DNA of 64,000 nt from an uncultured Acidobacteriota bacterium (GCA_963796275.1 CAWCKY010000007.1:480001-544000), one strand, 5' to 3'; shown: positions 1 to 12,703, counted from the stretch's first letter. The notes: generated from the sequence alone by a model not told the origin. Numbers and translations: made by a program.

Positions 1-2944
1 GATCGAATCCTCTCAAGCATCCGTCTCCAATCTGATTGATAAGAAGCGCGTGGCCGATATGCCCCTGGTGGGAAGAAACTTTTATTCGCTGGTGGTGCTT
101 ACGCCCGGAGTGACCGGACTGCCTTCGGGAGGTGGCCAGGCATACGCCCAGGCGACCGGGGATGTATTCTCAGCGGAATATGGCGTGAACCTCAACGGCA
201 ACGGGCAGCGCGCCGAATCCAATGGATTCCTCGTCGATTCGGCTAACGTAGGAGGAACGCCGCGCGGGGGCGTCACCAACGTCAATCCCAATGCCGATAC
301 GGTGCAGGAGCTGCGCGTCTCGGTCAATAACTACTCCGCCGAGAACGGGCGGAACAGCTCGGTGCTGGTCAACGTGGTGACTAAATCCGGGACCAACGAT
401 TATCACGGTACCATCGGCTGGTACCATACCAACAACCGCTTGCAGTCGCGCACCTACACGCAGACCGAAGTTCCCGTCTTCCGGCGTAATGAGGCCAATT
501 GGAGTCTGGGCGGCCCCATCATCAAGAACAAGACCCACTTCTTCGGCTCAATGGACATTCTGCGTTCGGGTGTCGGCACGGGTTTTCAGGCCAATACCGT
601 GACGGATGATTTCATCAATTTCATGAGGCAGAGGTTCCCGAACAACATTTCGACGCTCGTCATGGATACGTATCGGGGGCAACTGCAATCCAGCGCGGTA
701 GCGCTCACGGCTGGTGATGTGTTGGCCGGGAGGGATATTAATTGCGGCAGCGAGCTGATCACCACGCCGCTCGGACAGATGCCCTGCAATTTCCCGATGA
801 CCAGGATCGGGTCATCCGAGCAGACACTGCCTCGCGATGGCATCCAGGTGACCGCTCGCGTTGATCACCAGTTCAACGAAGGCAAGGATCGGATCTATGG
901 AAACTTCATCCGCACTACCAATCAGCTCGTGACTTTCGGAACGCCAAATGTCTATCCGGACTTTACCACCATTCAGCCGCAGTACTCGAATTACGGCAAC
1001 ATCAACCATACCCATATCTTCAGCCCGAGGCTGCTGAACGAGATGTCGGTCGCCGCCACGAGGGCTTATGGCGAGGCGCCGCTGGCGCACGGCGAGATCC
1101 CGTTGCTCACCGTTCCCGGGATCGAGGAATACGGCACAGGTTTCTCCGACGCGACCTTCATTCAGAACAACTTCGAGTGGCGCGATATGATGTCGTATAA
1201 CCGTGGCAACCATAGCTTCAAGTTCGGTGCCCGGTACGCGAAGGATGATGCCTGGAAGGGCGGGGCGCTATTTTCCAATGTCTTCACCCGCCCGCAGTTC
1301 ACCTTTAATAACCTCTTCGATTTTGCGCTCGATGATCCGTTTCAGGAATCCAACATAGGGTTCAACCCGCAGACCGGTGAGAACAAAGGGGTGGATTTCC
1401 GGCCATATTTCAACAGTCTTTCATTCTTCGTCAACGACGACTGGAAAGTTCGTCCGAAGCTGACGCTCACTCTCGGATTGCGCTGGGAGACATTCTTTGC
1501 GCCGAAAGATTACGACAATTTCTACACCGGAATGGTTTTCGATGGCGGAAATACATTCCAGGAGATCATCGCCAACTCGATGAGCGTCAATAAGCCGCCG
1601 CTCGATGGAACCGACTTTAACAACTTCGCTCCCAGGCTGGGCATCGCGTGGTCGCCGGGTAAGGAAGATAAGATCTCGATTCGCGCCGGAGTTGGCGTTT
1701 TTTATGATCGTTTCGCCGGTCAGTTCTTCCACGATGCGCAAACCTTCGCTCCGGTGTTTGGAGTAGCCACAGCGAGAAAAGACACGGCCCCCGTGGTCCC
1801 GGTTTACGGCCTGAGCAGGACGACCGAGAGCCCGTGGCAGTTCCCGGTCATTCCTAACCTGCAGGTCGGATTGGATCCGAAAGGCGGGCTCATCGGTGTG
1901 CCATCGGAGTTGTCGAATGCCGATCCGAATATGAGGACGCAGTATGCGATCAACTGGTCTCTCGCCGTTCAATATGCACTCGCCAAGGATTACGTGGTGG
2001 AGGCGACCTATATCGGTTCGGTAGGGCGGAAGCTTTACATGGAATACGACGTGAATCGCTTTCACGGCGATCTGCTCGATGGCAAGCTCGATCGATTAAA
2101 TTCAAGTTTTGGCTTAATCGGCTATGCGCAAGCGAACGGAAGTTCGGCTTATCACGGCGGAACCTTGAGCATCAAAAAGCGGTTCACCAGGGGGCTGGAT
2201 TTTCAGGCTGGATATACCGTAGGCAAGGCGATCGACTATGCCAGCAGCTTTGGCAGGGGCTTGAATATTTTTGACCCATTGAACCTGCAATTGAATCGCG
2301 GGCGCGCCGATTTCGATGTCCGGCAAAAATTCGCTTCGAGCATCGTTTATCAAATACCGAGGCCGCAGTTCTTGAATGCGGTTAGCAGAATATTCGAAGG
2401 ATGGCAGGTAGGGGCGATCACGATCCTGCAATCGGGACCGCCGTTGGGCGTCAATTGCGGTCTTGCGTTCAGACCGCCGGAAGATGAGGATGGCAATGTA
2501 ATCTTGGATGCGAGCGGCCGGGTCACCGGCAACAACGGATGCGATTACAATGCCGACGGCCTCGCCGGTGATCCCTTGAATGCGCCGGCCTTCGGCAATT
2601 CGTTGACCGGACTCAACCGATCGAACTACATGTTCCCCAATCGCATCTTTGCGGTCTCGGACTTTCCGGTGCCCGGGCTTGGCCAGATAGGGAATCTAGG
2701 CCGTAACACATTCCAGAACCCCGGCTATGCCAATACCGATTTCATCATAATGAAGAGGACAAAAATCCCGTGGTTTTTCGGAAGCGAGGGAGCCAATTTC
2801 CTCTTCCGGGTGGAATTTTTCAATCTCTTAAATCGGGTGAATCTCGACCGGGCGATCGGCGATATCTCTGACCCTAACTTCGGCAGATCGACGCAGGCTT
2901 TTGGGGCGAGAAACATCCAGTTTGGGGCCAAGATAGAATTCTGA
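1..2944 (+). CDS. TonB-dependent receptor, Oar-like (5' end outside the window)
   Basis: The frame is open from position 2. It has plug motifs (MPLVGRN, ELRVSVNNYSAENGR, TKSGTN), barrel motifs (NDDWKV...LTLTLGLRWE, NNFAPRLG) and a C-terminal F (QFGAKIEF). Confidence 0.92.
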   Translation, partial: IESSQASVSNLIDKKRVADMPLVGRNFYSLVVLTPGVTGLPSGGGQAYAQATGDVFSAEYGVNLNGNGQRAESNGFLVDSANVGGTPRGGVTNVNPNADTVQELRVSVNNYSAENGRNSSVLVNVVTKSGTNDYHGTIGWYHTNNRLQSRTYTQTEVPVFRRNEANWSLGGPIIKNKTHFFGSMDILRSGVGTGFQANTVTDDFINFMRQRFPNNISTLVMDTYRGQLQSSAVALTAGDVLAGRDINCGSELITTPLGQMPCNFPMTRIGSSEQTLPRDGIQVTARVDHQFNEGKDRIYGNFIRTTNQLVTFGTPNVYPDFTTIQPQYSNYGNINHTHIFSPRLLNEMSVAATRAYGEAPLAHGEIPLLTVPGIEEYGTGFSDATFIQNNFEWRDMMSYNRGNHSFKFGARYAKDDAWKGGALFSNVFTRPQFTFNNLFDFALDDPFQESNIGFNPQTGENKGVDFRPYFNSLSFFVNDDWKVRPKLTLTLGLRWETFFAPKDYDNFYTGMVFDGGNTFQEIIANSMSVNKPPLDGTDFNNFAPRLGIAWSPGKEDKISIRAGVGVFYDRFAGQFFHDAQTFAPVFGVATARKDTAPVVPVYGLSRTTESPWQFPVIPNLQVGLDPKGGLIGVPSELSNADPNMRTQYAINWSLAVQYALAKDYVVEATYIGSVGRKLYMEYDVNRFHGDLLDGKLDRLNSSFGLIGYAQANGSSAYHGGTLSIKKRFTRGLDFQAGYTVGKAIDYASSFGRGLNIFDPLNLQLNRGRADFDVRQKFASSIVYQIPRPQFLNAVSRIFEGWQVGAITILQSGPPLGVNCGLAFRPPEDEDGNVILDASGRVTGNNGCDYNADGLAGDPLNAPAFGNSLTGLNRSNYMFPNRIFAVSDFPVPGLGQIGNLGRNTFQNPGYANTDFIIMKRTKIPWFFGSEGANFLFRVEFFNLLNRVNLDRAIGDISDPNFGRSTQAFGARNIQFGAKIEF

Positions 2945-2981
2945 TAGATTCTCTCCCGTGGAGATCAGGAGAGAAATCAAT

Positions 2982-3052
2982 ACCGCGAGCGGTAACGAGC
3001 GAGTCACGATCGATCGGTCGTTGAAGGGGACCCGCTCGCTACCGCTCGCGGT
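2982..3052. repeat. REP-like inverted repeat pair (ACCGCGAGCGGTAGCGAGCG type)
   Basis: The arms are accgcgagcggtaacgagcgagtc and gacccgctcgctaccgctcgcggt. The same motif recurs at 10203-10274 and 29310-29329. Confidence 0.8.
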
Positions 3053-3059
3053 TCAGATT

Positions 3060-4711
3060 ATGAGCGCAATATTTATCAGAACCTGTGCGACCGCGGTTCT
3101 GTGGGCTTTGCTGGCACTTCCTCTTAATGGTCAACCGCCTGCATCACAGGGTTCCTATGAACAGGCGCTATCGTTGATCAAGCAGCGACAGCTCGAGCCG
3201 GGAATCGCATTATTGCGAAAAATTCTGGAGCAGTCTCCGGACGATCTGCGGGCGCATAATCTAATTGGAATCGCCCTGACGACATCCGGAAAGATCGCAG
3301 AGGCCAATACTCATTTCCAACAGGCGATCAAACTGAATCCCAAGTTTTATCCGGCCTTGAAGAATCTTGCGATCAATGAGATGAGACTCAATCGCATCGA
3401 AGAGGCCGAGGCGCACCTGACGCTGGCGGTACAAATCGAACCGAAAGACCCGGTTATCCATCTGGCGCTCGGAGAGATTCACTTTCAGAGGAAGCAGTTT
3501 CGGGAGGCAGCCGATCACTACGATCAGAGCCGCGATCTTCCATTTAATGATCCGCGCATGGTGTTGAACTTTGCGGTAAGTTGCCTGGAATCGAATCAGG
3601 GGGAGAAAGCGCTCGGACTTTTGGAGAAACTCCCGCCTGAAGCGGATGCGGTGAGTCGCTTCGAAGCAGGCATGATCTTTGCCCGCTCGGGCGATAATGA
3701 GCGCGCGGCAGGACAATTCGAACGGGCTCGCCAAGGCTACCCTGATCAATATGAAGTCGCCTTCAACCTGACCCTCGCCTACGTCAAGAGTCGCAACTAC
3801 AAGGCTGCCATCCGAACAGCGCAGGAATACCTCTCACAGGGGCAAACGGGGCAAACGGGGCAAACGGGGCAAACGGGACAAACGGGGCAACTGGGGCAAT
3901 CGAAGCAACCGGGGCAACGGAACGCCGACATATACAACCTGCTTTCTCAGGCATATGAGGGTAATGGGCAGACGGTCGATGCCTACAATGCATTGCGCAC
4001 GGCCACACAGCTCGATCCGAAATACGAGAATAACTATCTCGATCTGGCGACCTTGTGTGTGGATCACGCCAATTACGATCTCGGTCTGGAGATCGTAAAT
4101 ATCGGCATCAAGAATATTCCTCAATCGGGCCGTCTATTTTTTCAACGCGGGACGCTGCTGGCGATGAAGGGGCAATCGAGGGAGGCAGGGGCTGATTTCG
4201 AAACTGCGAGCCGTTTCTCGCCGCAACAGAATCTGCCTTATCTGGCCAGGGGACTCGTGCTTCTGGAGGTGGGGCAGACGGCCAGTGCGATTGAGCTTCT
4301 GAGGCAGAGAGCTATCGCCAGTCCAAATGATTATCTGGTCCAGTACATACTGGGAGAGGCACTGAATCGCAGCGGCCCGGCGGCCGGAAGCGCCGAGTTG
4401 AAAGAGGCGATCCAATCGCTGGAGAAGTCGGTTCGGATGAAACCCGACTTCGCGGCGTCGCGCGCTGTTTTGGGTAAGCTGCTGCTGCGCAGCGGTGAAG
4501 TCGATCGCGCGATCCTGGAACTCGAGAAGGCGCTCGAACTCGATCCCCAGGAGACCTCCTCGCTTTATCAACTCGCGCTGGCATACCGCAGGAAGGGCAA
4601 GCTGGAACGTGCAAAGGAACTGTTTGCAAAGGTCGATCAGGCCAAAACTGAGAGCAGGGAACAGTTCATGAAACGCACCCTGCTCCGTCTCGTTCGCGAA
4701 GGCTCACAATA

Positions 4712-4712
<1 letters not shown>
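3060..4712 (+). CDS. Secreted tetratricopeptide repeat protein
   Basis: Multiple TPR repeats (e.g. AHNLIGIAL...EANTHFQQAIKLNP; ELEKALELDP). ATG 3060 gives a signal peptide (MSAIFIRTCATAVLWALLALPLNG). The ORF-track start at 2958 runs through the REP and is unlikely. Confidence 0.88.
3838..3920 (+). repeat. In-frame 9-bp tandem repeat (GGGCAAACG)n encoding GQT repeats
   Basis: ggggcaaacggggcaaacggggcaaacggggcaaacgggacaaacggggcaactggggcaa... encodes GQTGQTGQTGQTGQTGQLGQ between TPR units. Confidence 0.9.
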
Positions 4713-6640
<1,928 letters not shown>

Positions 6641-6703
6641 AAAGTACCGAACAATCCTGCCTGACTCCTTACACGATCTACTAATTTACAGAGGAGTATC
6701 CCT

Positions 6704-9700
6704 ATGCTACGACAGGTATCAGCGTTAAGCAGTCTCGTTCTATTTGTTCTGTTCGCACACGCATCGGCGCGCGCGCAGGCTGTTTACGGTAACATAGTCG
6801 GCACTGTCACCGACCAGCAAAGCGCGGCGGTGGCCAACGCGAAGGTGACGATCACAGACACGCAGCGGCAGGTCAGTTTCAATACCACGACCAACAGCGA
6901 CGGCAACTTCACGCAGCGCTTTCTGATCGCCGGGACATACCAGGTGCGCATCGTGGCGGGCGGTTTCAAGGCCGCGCTTCAGAATGTCTCGGTTTCCGTA
7001 GACCAGGAGTCGCGTCTCGACGTGAAGCTCGAGGTAGGCGAGGTCAGTCAGGTTGTCGAGATCACCGCGGAGTCTCCGCTGCTGAAGACCGAGCGCAGCG
7101 ACGTCGCGGTCACTTTCAGCGAAAAGGCCATGACCAATCTGCCCATCCAGAACCGGCGCTTCACGGCGGTCGAAATTTTTACTCCGGGGATAACGGCCTT
7201 TCCGGGCCAGACGGCCGCCAGCGAGGACCCGCAGGGCTCATTCCGCAAGGTCGTCAACGGGCAGAGCTTCGCCGGCACGTCCCACCTGCTCGACGGCACC
7301 GATAACCATGATTCGATGCTCGGCCTGATAGTCATCAACCCGACGCTCGAATCGGTGACCGAGGCCAAGGTTACGACGGCCAATTACGACGCCGAGTTCG
7401 GAGCGAACGCCGGCGTGGTGAGCGCTCAGACGCGCTCCGGCACCAATGATTTTCACGCCGTCGGGTTCGAATTCCTGCGCAACGACCACTTCCAGGCGCG
7501 CAACCCGTTCACACAGTTCCGCAATATCCAAGGGACTGACCGATCCATTCCCGTCACGCAGATGAATCAGTTCGGAGCGGCGGTCAGCGGCCCGGTCGTC
7601 AGGAACAAGCTCTTCTTCTTCGGCGATTACCAGGGCACGCGGCGCAATATCGGGGGCTCCGTCCTGATGCGCGTACCGACGGCGGCTGAGCGCGCGGGCG
7701 ACTTCTCGGCCACGGGCGTGCCGATCTTCGATCCGGCGGGAGATGCGGCCCCTGCTGGCCGCCAGCAGTTCCAGACTGCTGACGGGAGACCGAATGTCAT
7801 TCCTTCCGATCGCCTCTCGCAACAGGCCATCAATCTGCTCAACCAGTATATCCCGCTGCCGAACTTCACACCCGGGTCACCCGATCTGCCCAATTACGTG
7901 GGCTCGGGCACGGTCAAATTCGACGAAGACCTGACCAACACGCGTTGGGATTATTATGTGAACGAGAAGATGCATGCCTTCGGGCGCTATAGCTTCGCCG
8001 ATTACCGGCTGATCTCGCCCGGCGTCTTCGGAAGCGCTGGGGGCGGCGTCGGCTTCGATCCGAACTCGACCTTCTCAGGCGAATCCAGGACGCGCAACCA
8101 GAGCATCGCATCCGGATTCGACTACACGGTGAGCGCGAACTGGGTGACTGATTTTCGATTCGGCTATTACCGCTACCGGGTGAACGTCGATCCGGGGCAG
8201 TTGCAGTCCACTCCGGCTACGGACGCCGGAATTCCGGGCCTCAACAATGACGACTTCACCGGGGGCATGCCCGGCTTCTTCATCAATGGCGTGGCCGGTT
8301 TCAACTTCGGATATGCGCTCGGCGTCTCGGCGTGCAACTGCCCGCTGCGCCAGAACGAGCGGCAGTTCCAGTTCGTAAACAACTGGACGAACCTGCGCGG
8401 CAACCACACGATCAAGTTCGGCGCGGATATACGTCGCGCGATGAACCTGCGCGTCCCGAGCGATCGGCATCGCGCGGGCGAATTGAATTTCGATGCCGCG
8501 CGCACGCAGGGCGTGACCGGCTTCCGGATCAATCCTGTCACGGGGCTGAGGGAGCCGATCATCGGCGGCGGCACCGGCCTCGCCTCCTTCCTGCTCGGCG
8601 AGGTGAGCCGTTTCGAGCGCTACGTCAGCAACACGCTCGATGCCGAAGAGCGCCAGAACCGCTGGTTCTTCTTCGGCCAGGACACCTGGCGCGTTACGCA
8701 GAATTTGACGGTAAACTTCGGCGGGCGCTGGGAACTCTACCGCCCGCAGACGGTGACGGGCGCCGGCAAGGGCGGTTTCGTCGACATCGAAACGGGCGAA
8801 GTGCTGATCGCGGGCAGCGAAGGAGTTGGTCTCGATTTAAATCAGAAGGGAACACTAACGACCATCGCGCCGCGCATCGGCATCGCTTATCGCGTGACTG
8901 ATAAGACGGTCGTGCGTTTGGGCTTCGGGCGAGGATTCGATATCGGTGTGTTCGGCTCTGTCTTCGGCCATAACGTGACGCAGAACCTGCCGGTGCTGGC
9001 GATTCAATCAAATCAGCCGGCGCAGAACTACCTCTCGGTATTCACGCTCGCGCAGGGGCCGCAGCCTCTCAACCCCGACACGCTGCTCAACAATCAGCCG
9101 AGAGGACCGAACGGCCGTCCGATGCTGCCGAACGGCGTAACGGCGTTCATACTGCCCGAAACGCTGCGTCTGCCTACGAGCGACCAGTGGAACGTGACTG
9201 TGCAGCGTCAACTGCCCGGCGAACTCTCGGTTGAAGCGGCATACGTTGGCACGAAGGGCACGCACGTCTTCGCGGGCAACGGTGGCGACTACGATTTCAA
9301 CCAGGCCATCGTTCAGGGGTTTCCCGCGGTGAGCCTCAATCAACGCAAGCCTTTCTTCCAGAAATTCGGGTGGTCGCAGAACTTCCGCTACTACGGCTCG
9401 GACGCCAGCAACAACTACCATGGGCTGCAGCTCAAGGCCGATAAACGCTTCTCGAAGGGGTTTTCGATGCTGAGCCACTACACCTGGTCGCGGTCGTTCA
9501 ACTATACGAACACTTACTACAACATTGACGCAACACAGGCATATGGTCCGAACGATAACACGCGTAGCCACGTCTTCTTGTTCAGCGGGATTTATGAGCT
9601 GCCGTTCGGCAAGGGCAGGAAATATCTGTCCGGAGGAAATAAGGCGCTGGACTTCATCGTTGGCGGCTGGCAGATGAACACGATCTTTCAGTGGCAGAGC

Positions 9701-10153
9701 GGGCTGCCTTTCACGCCGACCTATCGCGACTGCAACGCAGACCGCGACACGGGCTGGTGCCGTCCGGATGTGGTGGGCGACTGGAGGTTGGACAATCCGA
9801 CCCGCAACGCGTGGTTCAAGACTACATCTGTGCCGCTCACGGTTAATGGTCAGGCTGACGGACCGTGGCGTCGCCCGGCGCAGGGAACGTTCGGCAATGT
9901 GGGTCGCAACAGATTACTGGGCCCTTCATTCTCGCAATGGGATATGTCGTTCTTCAAGAGCTTCGCGATCACGGAAAGATTCAAAGCGCAGTTCCGCGCG
10001 GAATCGTTCAACTTCGCCAATAAGATGAGCCTCGCTAATCCGACTATGAACGGAGCATGTGTAGATTGCCCCGGGACGGCGGGCACGATCACAAGTCTCT
10101 ATCGGCTGGCGACACCGCGACAGTGGCAATTCGGGTTGCGGTTGGAATTTTAG
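6704..10153 (+). CDS. TonB-dependent receptor with carboxypeptidase regulatory-like N-domain
   Basis: Signal peptide, GNIVGTVTDQQSAAVANAKVTI, TRSGTN, QDTWRVT, C-terminal QFGLRLEF. RBS gaggag upstream. Confidence 0.95.
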   Translation: MLRQVSALSSLVLFVLFAHASARAQAVYGNIVGTVTDQQSAAVANAKVTITDTQRQVSFNTTTNSDGNFTQRFLIAGTYQVRIVAGGFKAALQNVSVSVDQESRLDVKLEVGEVSQVVEITAESPLLKTERSDVAVTFSEKAMTNLPIQNRRFTAVEIFTPGITAFPGQTAASEDPQGSFRKVVNGQSFAGTSHLLDGTDNHDSMLGLIVINPTLESVTEAKVTTANYDAEFGANAGVVSAQTRSGTNDFHAVGFEFLRNDHFQARNPFTQFRNIQGTDRSIPVTQMNQFGAAVSGPVVRNKLFFFGDYQGTRRNIGGSVLMRVPTAAERAGDFSATGVPIFDPAGDAAPAGRQQFQTADGRPNVIPSDRLSQQAINLLNQYIPLPNFTPGSPDLPNYVGSGTVKFDEDLTNTRWDYYVNEKMHAFGRYSFADYRLISPGVFGSAGGGVGFDPNSTFSGESRTRNQSIASGFDYTVSANWVTDFRFGYYRYRVNVDPGQLQSTPATDAGIPGLNNDDFTGGMPGFFINGVAGFNFGYALGVSACNCPLRQNERQFQFVNNWTNLRGNHTIKFGADIRRAMNLRVPSDRHRAGELNFDAARTQGVTGFRINPVTGLREPIIGGGTGLASFLLGEVSRFERYVSNTLDAEERQNRWFFFGQDTWRVTQNLTVNFGGRWELYRPQTVTGAGKGGFVDIETGEVLIAGSEGVGLDLNQKGTLTTIAPRIGIAYRVTDKTVVRLGFGRGFDIGVFGSVFGHNVTQNLPVLAIQSNQPAQNYLSVFTLAQGPQPLNPDTLLNNQPRGPNGRPMLPNGVTAFILPETLRLPTSDQWNVTVQRQLPGELSVEAAYVGTKGTHVFAGNGGDYDFNQAIVQGFPAVSLNQRKPFFQKFGWSQNFRYYGSDASNNYHGLQLKADKRFSKGFSMLSHYTWSRSFNYTNTYYNIDATQAYGPNDNTRSHVFLFSGIYELPFGKGRKYLSGGNKALDFIVGGWQMNTIFQWQSGLPFTPTYRDCNADRDTGWCRPDVVGDWRLDNPTRNAWFKTTSVPLTVNGQADGPWRRPAQGTFGNVGRNRLLGPSFSQWDMSFFKSFAITERFKAQFRAESFNFANKMSLANPTMNGACVDCPGTAGTITSLYRLATPRQWQFGLRLEF

Positions 10154-10542
10154 TAGTCTGTAAACAAGTTATTTGATGTTAAAAGGCGCTTCAAGTTCGA
10201 AACAGTACCGCGAGCGGTAGCGAGCGTGTCTCAATCAATAAATTGGTTCGGGTACAACGCTTGCTACCGCTCGCTAGCCCGCGAAGCGGGCAATAGGATA
10301 AAGCCCAGGGTGGAGCCGAAGGCGGAACCCTGGGGATCTCGTCACCAAGTCGCGGAAGCCCACGAAGTGGGCGATAGACCTCAAAATTGCGTGGTTGATC
10401 CCAAACTCTGTCGCCCATTTCATGGGCTTGAATCAATTTATCATAACTCACCCAGGGTTCCGGCTTCGCCTCCACCCTGGGCTTTATCCTATCGCCCGCT
10501 TCGCGGGCTACAGTGATATCAAAAAACTTAGTTTACAGACTA
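10154..10542. mobile_element. Nested non-autonomous palindromic element (MITE-like outer IR + REP pair + REPIN)
   Basis: Outer IR tagtctgtaaac(t)aagtt.tttgat at 10154-10177 and 10518-10542. REP pair at 10203-10274. A ~60-bp-arm palindrome at 10275-10510 contains an inner IR at 10356-10429. Confidence 0.75.
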
Positions 10543-10676
10543 TTTAGCTCGATCGCCAGATCTGCCAGAAAACGGAAGCGCCCGGTGAAATCGCACCGGC
10601 GGAATAAGACTGCCGAAAGTGAATGTCACGCAACCCATTTTCTGCTTTTGTCTTTGTTTTTCTGTGGTGAATATTT

Positions 10677-12272
10677 CTATCGGGCTGCCCGTAATGCTTC
10701 CGCGTCGAGGTCGAGTCGGTAAAGGACCTGATTGTAGTCGTACCTTGGAGTTCTTTCCGGATTACCCGAGAAGGTGTTCGTATAGGTTCCCTCGAAATAG
10801 ATAGCGCGCCCGTTATCGCGGTCGAGGAATGAATGATGGCAGACATTGTAAAACGTCTGGCGGTCGTGAGTTATCACTCTCACTGCTTTGCTGAACGGAC
10901 CAGTCGGATGTAGGGCCTCGGAATACCATGCCTCTCCGAGCATCGAGGATTTGCCGAATATTTGGCCCGCGAGCAGCACCCATCTCTTTCGATAGTTATT
11001 CCACCGCACTGAGCCGCTGTGCAAGATCACGCGGTCTTCCGGCATGGCCGAGTCCGCCGGGCAGAACCGGGCGTGCTCCGGCTTGAGCTTGCCATCCTTC
11101 ACCCACTGTTGCTCAGTCTTTGAATCGGTGGGCGGCAAGTCTTTCTGCCATCGCCAGCGTGGCTTGCCATCCTTGTCGATATCCGGTTCCGTCGCATCGG
11201 TGTCAGATTTGGCGCAGGTGAACGCTTCGTATTTTGCCGGGTCGAGGACATCATTCAGATCGGCCGGCACGCGGACGTTCGGCGTCGGGCTGCCGAAGAG
11301 CAGCCACTTTACGCCGCCCTCCTCATATACGATGGGATGACCGCTGGGATGACGCCACGTTTCATTCAACGGTAATTGGCGGGCCGACTCGAAGATTTCG
11401 TCCTTCTCGTTGAATACAGCGATACCTTGTTCGTATTCGCCCTCGAGCCCTTTTCTACGCGAGTAATGGCCGAGAAGTTTCTCGGTTCCGTCAGCGTCCG
11501 TGACGACGAAGACCGCTCCCACCCAAATGACCCCTTCCGGCCTTTCTTTGAGCGGCATCATGGCCCTGGTGAATCCGCTCTTGTCTACGAAGTACTCGTA
11601 TGCGATCCCGTCCGCCGGGTCCGTCGACGGGTTACTTACATCCAGCACCGGAGTCGTCGCACCGGCCATCCGGAACAGTCCGAGCGGGTAGTTCATTCGC
11701 TGAGTGTCGCCCCAGAACCAATAGATCCGGTCGCTGTAGATTGTTGCCTGGATTGAATCCTGTCCGCCGACATGCCCAGGGTTGAGCGGATACGGCAGCG
11801 GGGGGTTGTAGCCCAGCAGGACGCTGTCTCTATACAACCCTTCACCCGTGAGACGGCACATTCGCTCAGCCACATTTCGACGCGTCAGTTTTATGACGGA
11901 TATTTGCCCCGCGCTTGGAGTTATTCTTACGCCTGCGTAACCGAACCCGTCTTTCTGGACCTCATATCCGTGGCTGCGAACATTGAAGAATATCTCACGC
12001 CCCATCAGACCAGGTTCGTGGAAGGCCACACGTCCGGCATTATCGGTGACGAACTTCAGGGCGTTGACGCTCTCCAACTCGACGAGAGGTATGCCACGCC
12101 CGCTGATTGAATCGATCACCTTGATCTCTGCCCAGATGCCCGCAGAATTGAGTGCCTGAGAGCGTACCGTGGCGATGATGGGAATCGAGAGGAGAAAAAC
12201 TGTAAATGATATCCCGAGAAACGCGAGAGATTTGCGCGACACGTGGACGCAACGGCACGAAGGACGTCTCAT
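10677..12272 (-). CDS. Secreted hypothetical protein, possibly DUF4185-like beta-propeller
   Basis: 531-aa ORF with a hydrophobic N-terminus, a carboxypeptidase-regulatory-like start (KVIDSISGRGIPLVEL) and a YWFWGDT motif. The family assignment is tentative. Confidence 0.7.
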   Translation of the reverse strand: MRRPSCRCVHVSRKSLAFLGISFTVFLLSIPIIATVRSQALNSAGIWAEIKVIDSISGRGIPLVELESVNALKFVTDNAGRVAFHEPGLMGREIFFNVRSHGYEVQKDGFGYAGVRITPSAGQISVIKLTRRNVAERMCRLTGEGLYRDSVLLGYNPPLPYPLNPGHVGGQDSIQATIYSDRIYWFWGDTQRMNYPLGLFRMAGATTPVLDVSNPSTDPADGIAYEYFVDKSGFTRAMMPLKERPEGVIWVGAVFVVTDADGTEKLLGHYSRRKGLEGEYEQGIAVFNEKDEIFESARQLPLNETWRHPSGHPIVYEEGGVKWLLFGSPTPNVRVPADLNDVLDPAKYEAFTCAKSDTDATEPDIDKDGKPRWRWQKDLPPTDSKTEQQWVKDGKLKPEHARFCPADSAMPEDRVILHSGSVRWNNYRKRWVLLAGQIFGKSSMLGEAWYSEALHPTGPFSKAVRVITHDRQTFYNVCHHSFLDRDNGRAIYFEGTYTNTFSGNPERTPRYDYNQVLYRLDLDAEALRAAR

Positions 12273-12537
12273 AAAGCTCTCCCTTGTTTTGTAAATTTGA
12301 TGTGGCGTTTATTTTTTATCCCGATTCCTGAATTTAAACAAGTAATCTGCTTTGGTGATTGCCATCCACCCGATGATTCGCTGCGATTACCCCATCTCTT
12401 CGACGCGGAAGTGCCCTTTTCGCACTATAGAATGTACTCGCCCGTTCACCGACTTTCGGCGCGACTTCCACGGATTCCGTTGCTCATGCAAATCCTGCTA
12501 ATGCTGTTCTTTTGTTCTCTCCGTAATAATTTTTTTC

Positions 12538-12590
12538 TTGACATCTGTCGAACAAAAAAGGTATTTATCACGACGAATCAAATTACATTC
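12538..12590 (+). promoter_or_regulatory. Sigma70-like promoter and putative TetR operator upstream of tetR
   Basis: TTGACA at 12538, an AT-rich -10-like region at ~12562-12568, then GACGAAT-caaattac-ATTC at 12572-12590. Confidence 0.6.
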
Positions 12591-12703
12591 AAAAGATAAA
12601 ACAGAGTAGTTAAAACTAAAAAGCCTAGACAAAAAGCCAAAATAAAGAGCCTAGTTAAAAAGAGAAATCGAAAAGAGAATAAATAAAAAAGAGAGAAGCT
12701 CCT

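Noticed and set aside
2958-3059. N-terminal extension of the TPR ORF
   Set aside because: It runs through a REP pair. ATG 3060 gives a normal signal peptide.
10191-10516. ORFs 10191-10475(-) and 10226-10516(+) with similar peptides (AKPEPW / PPWALSY)
   Set aside because: These are mirror-image translations of the REPIN palindrome, not genes.
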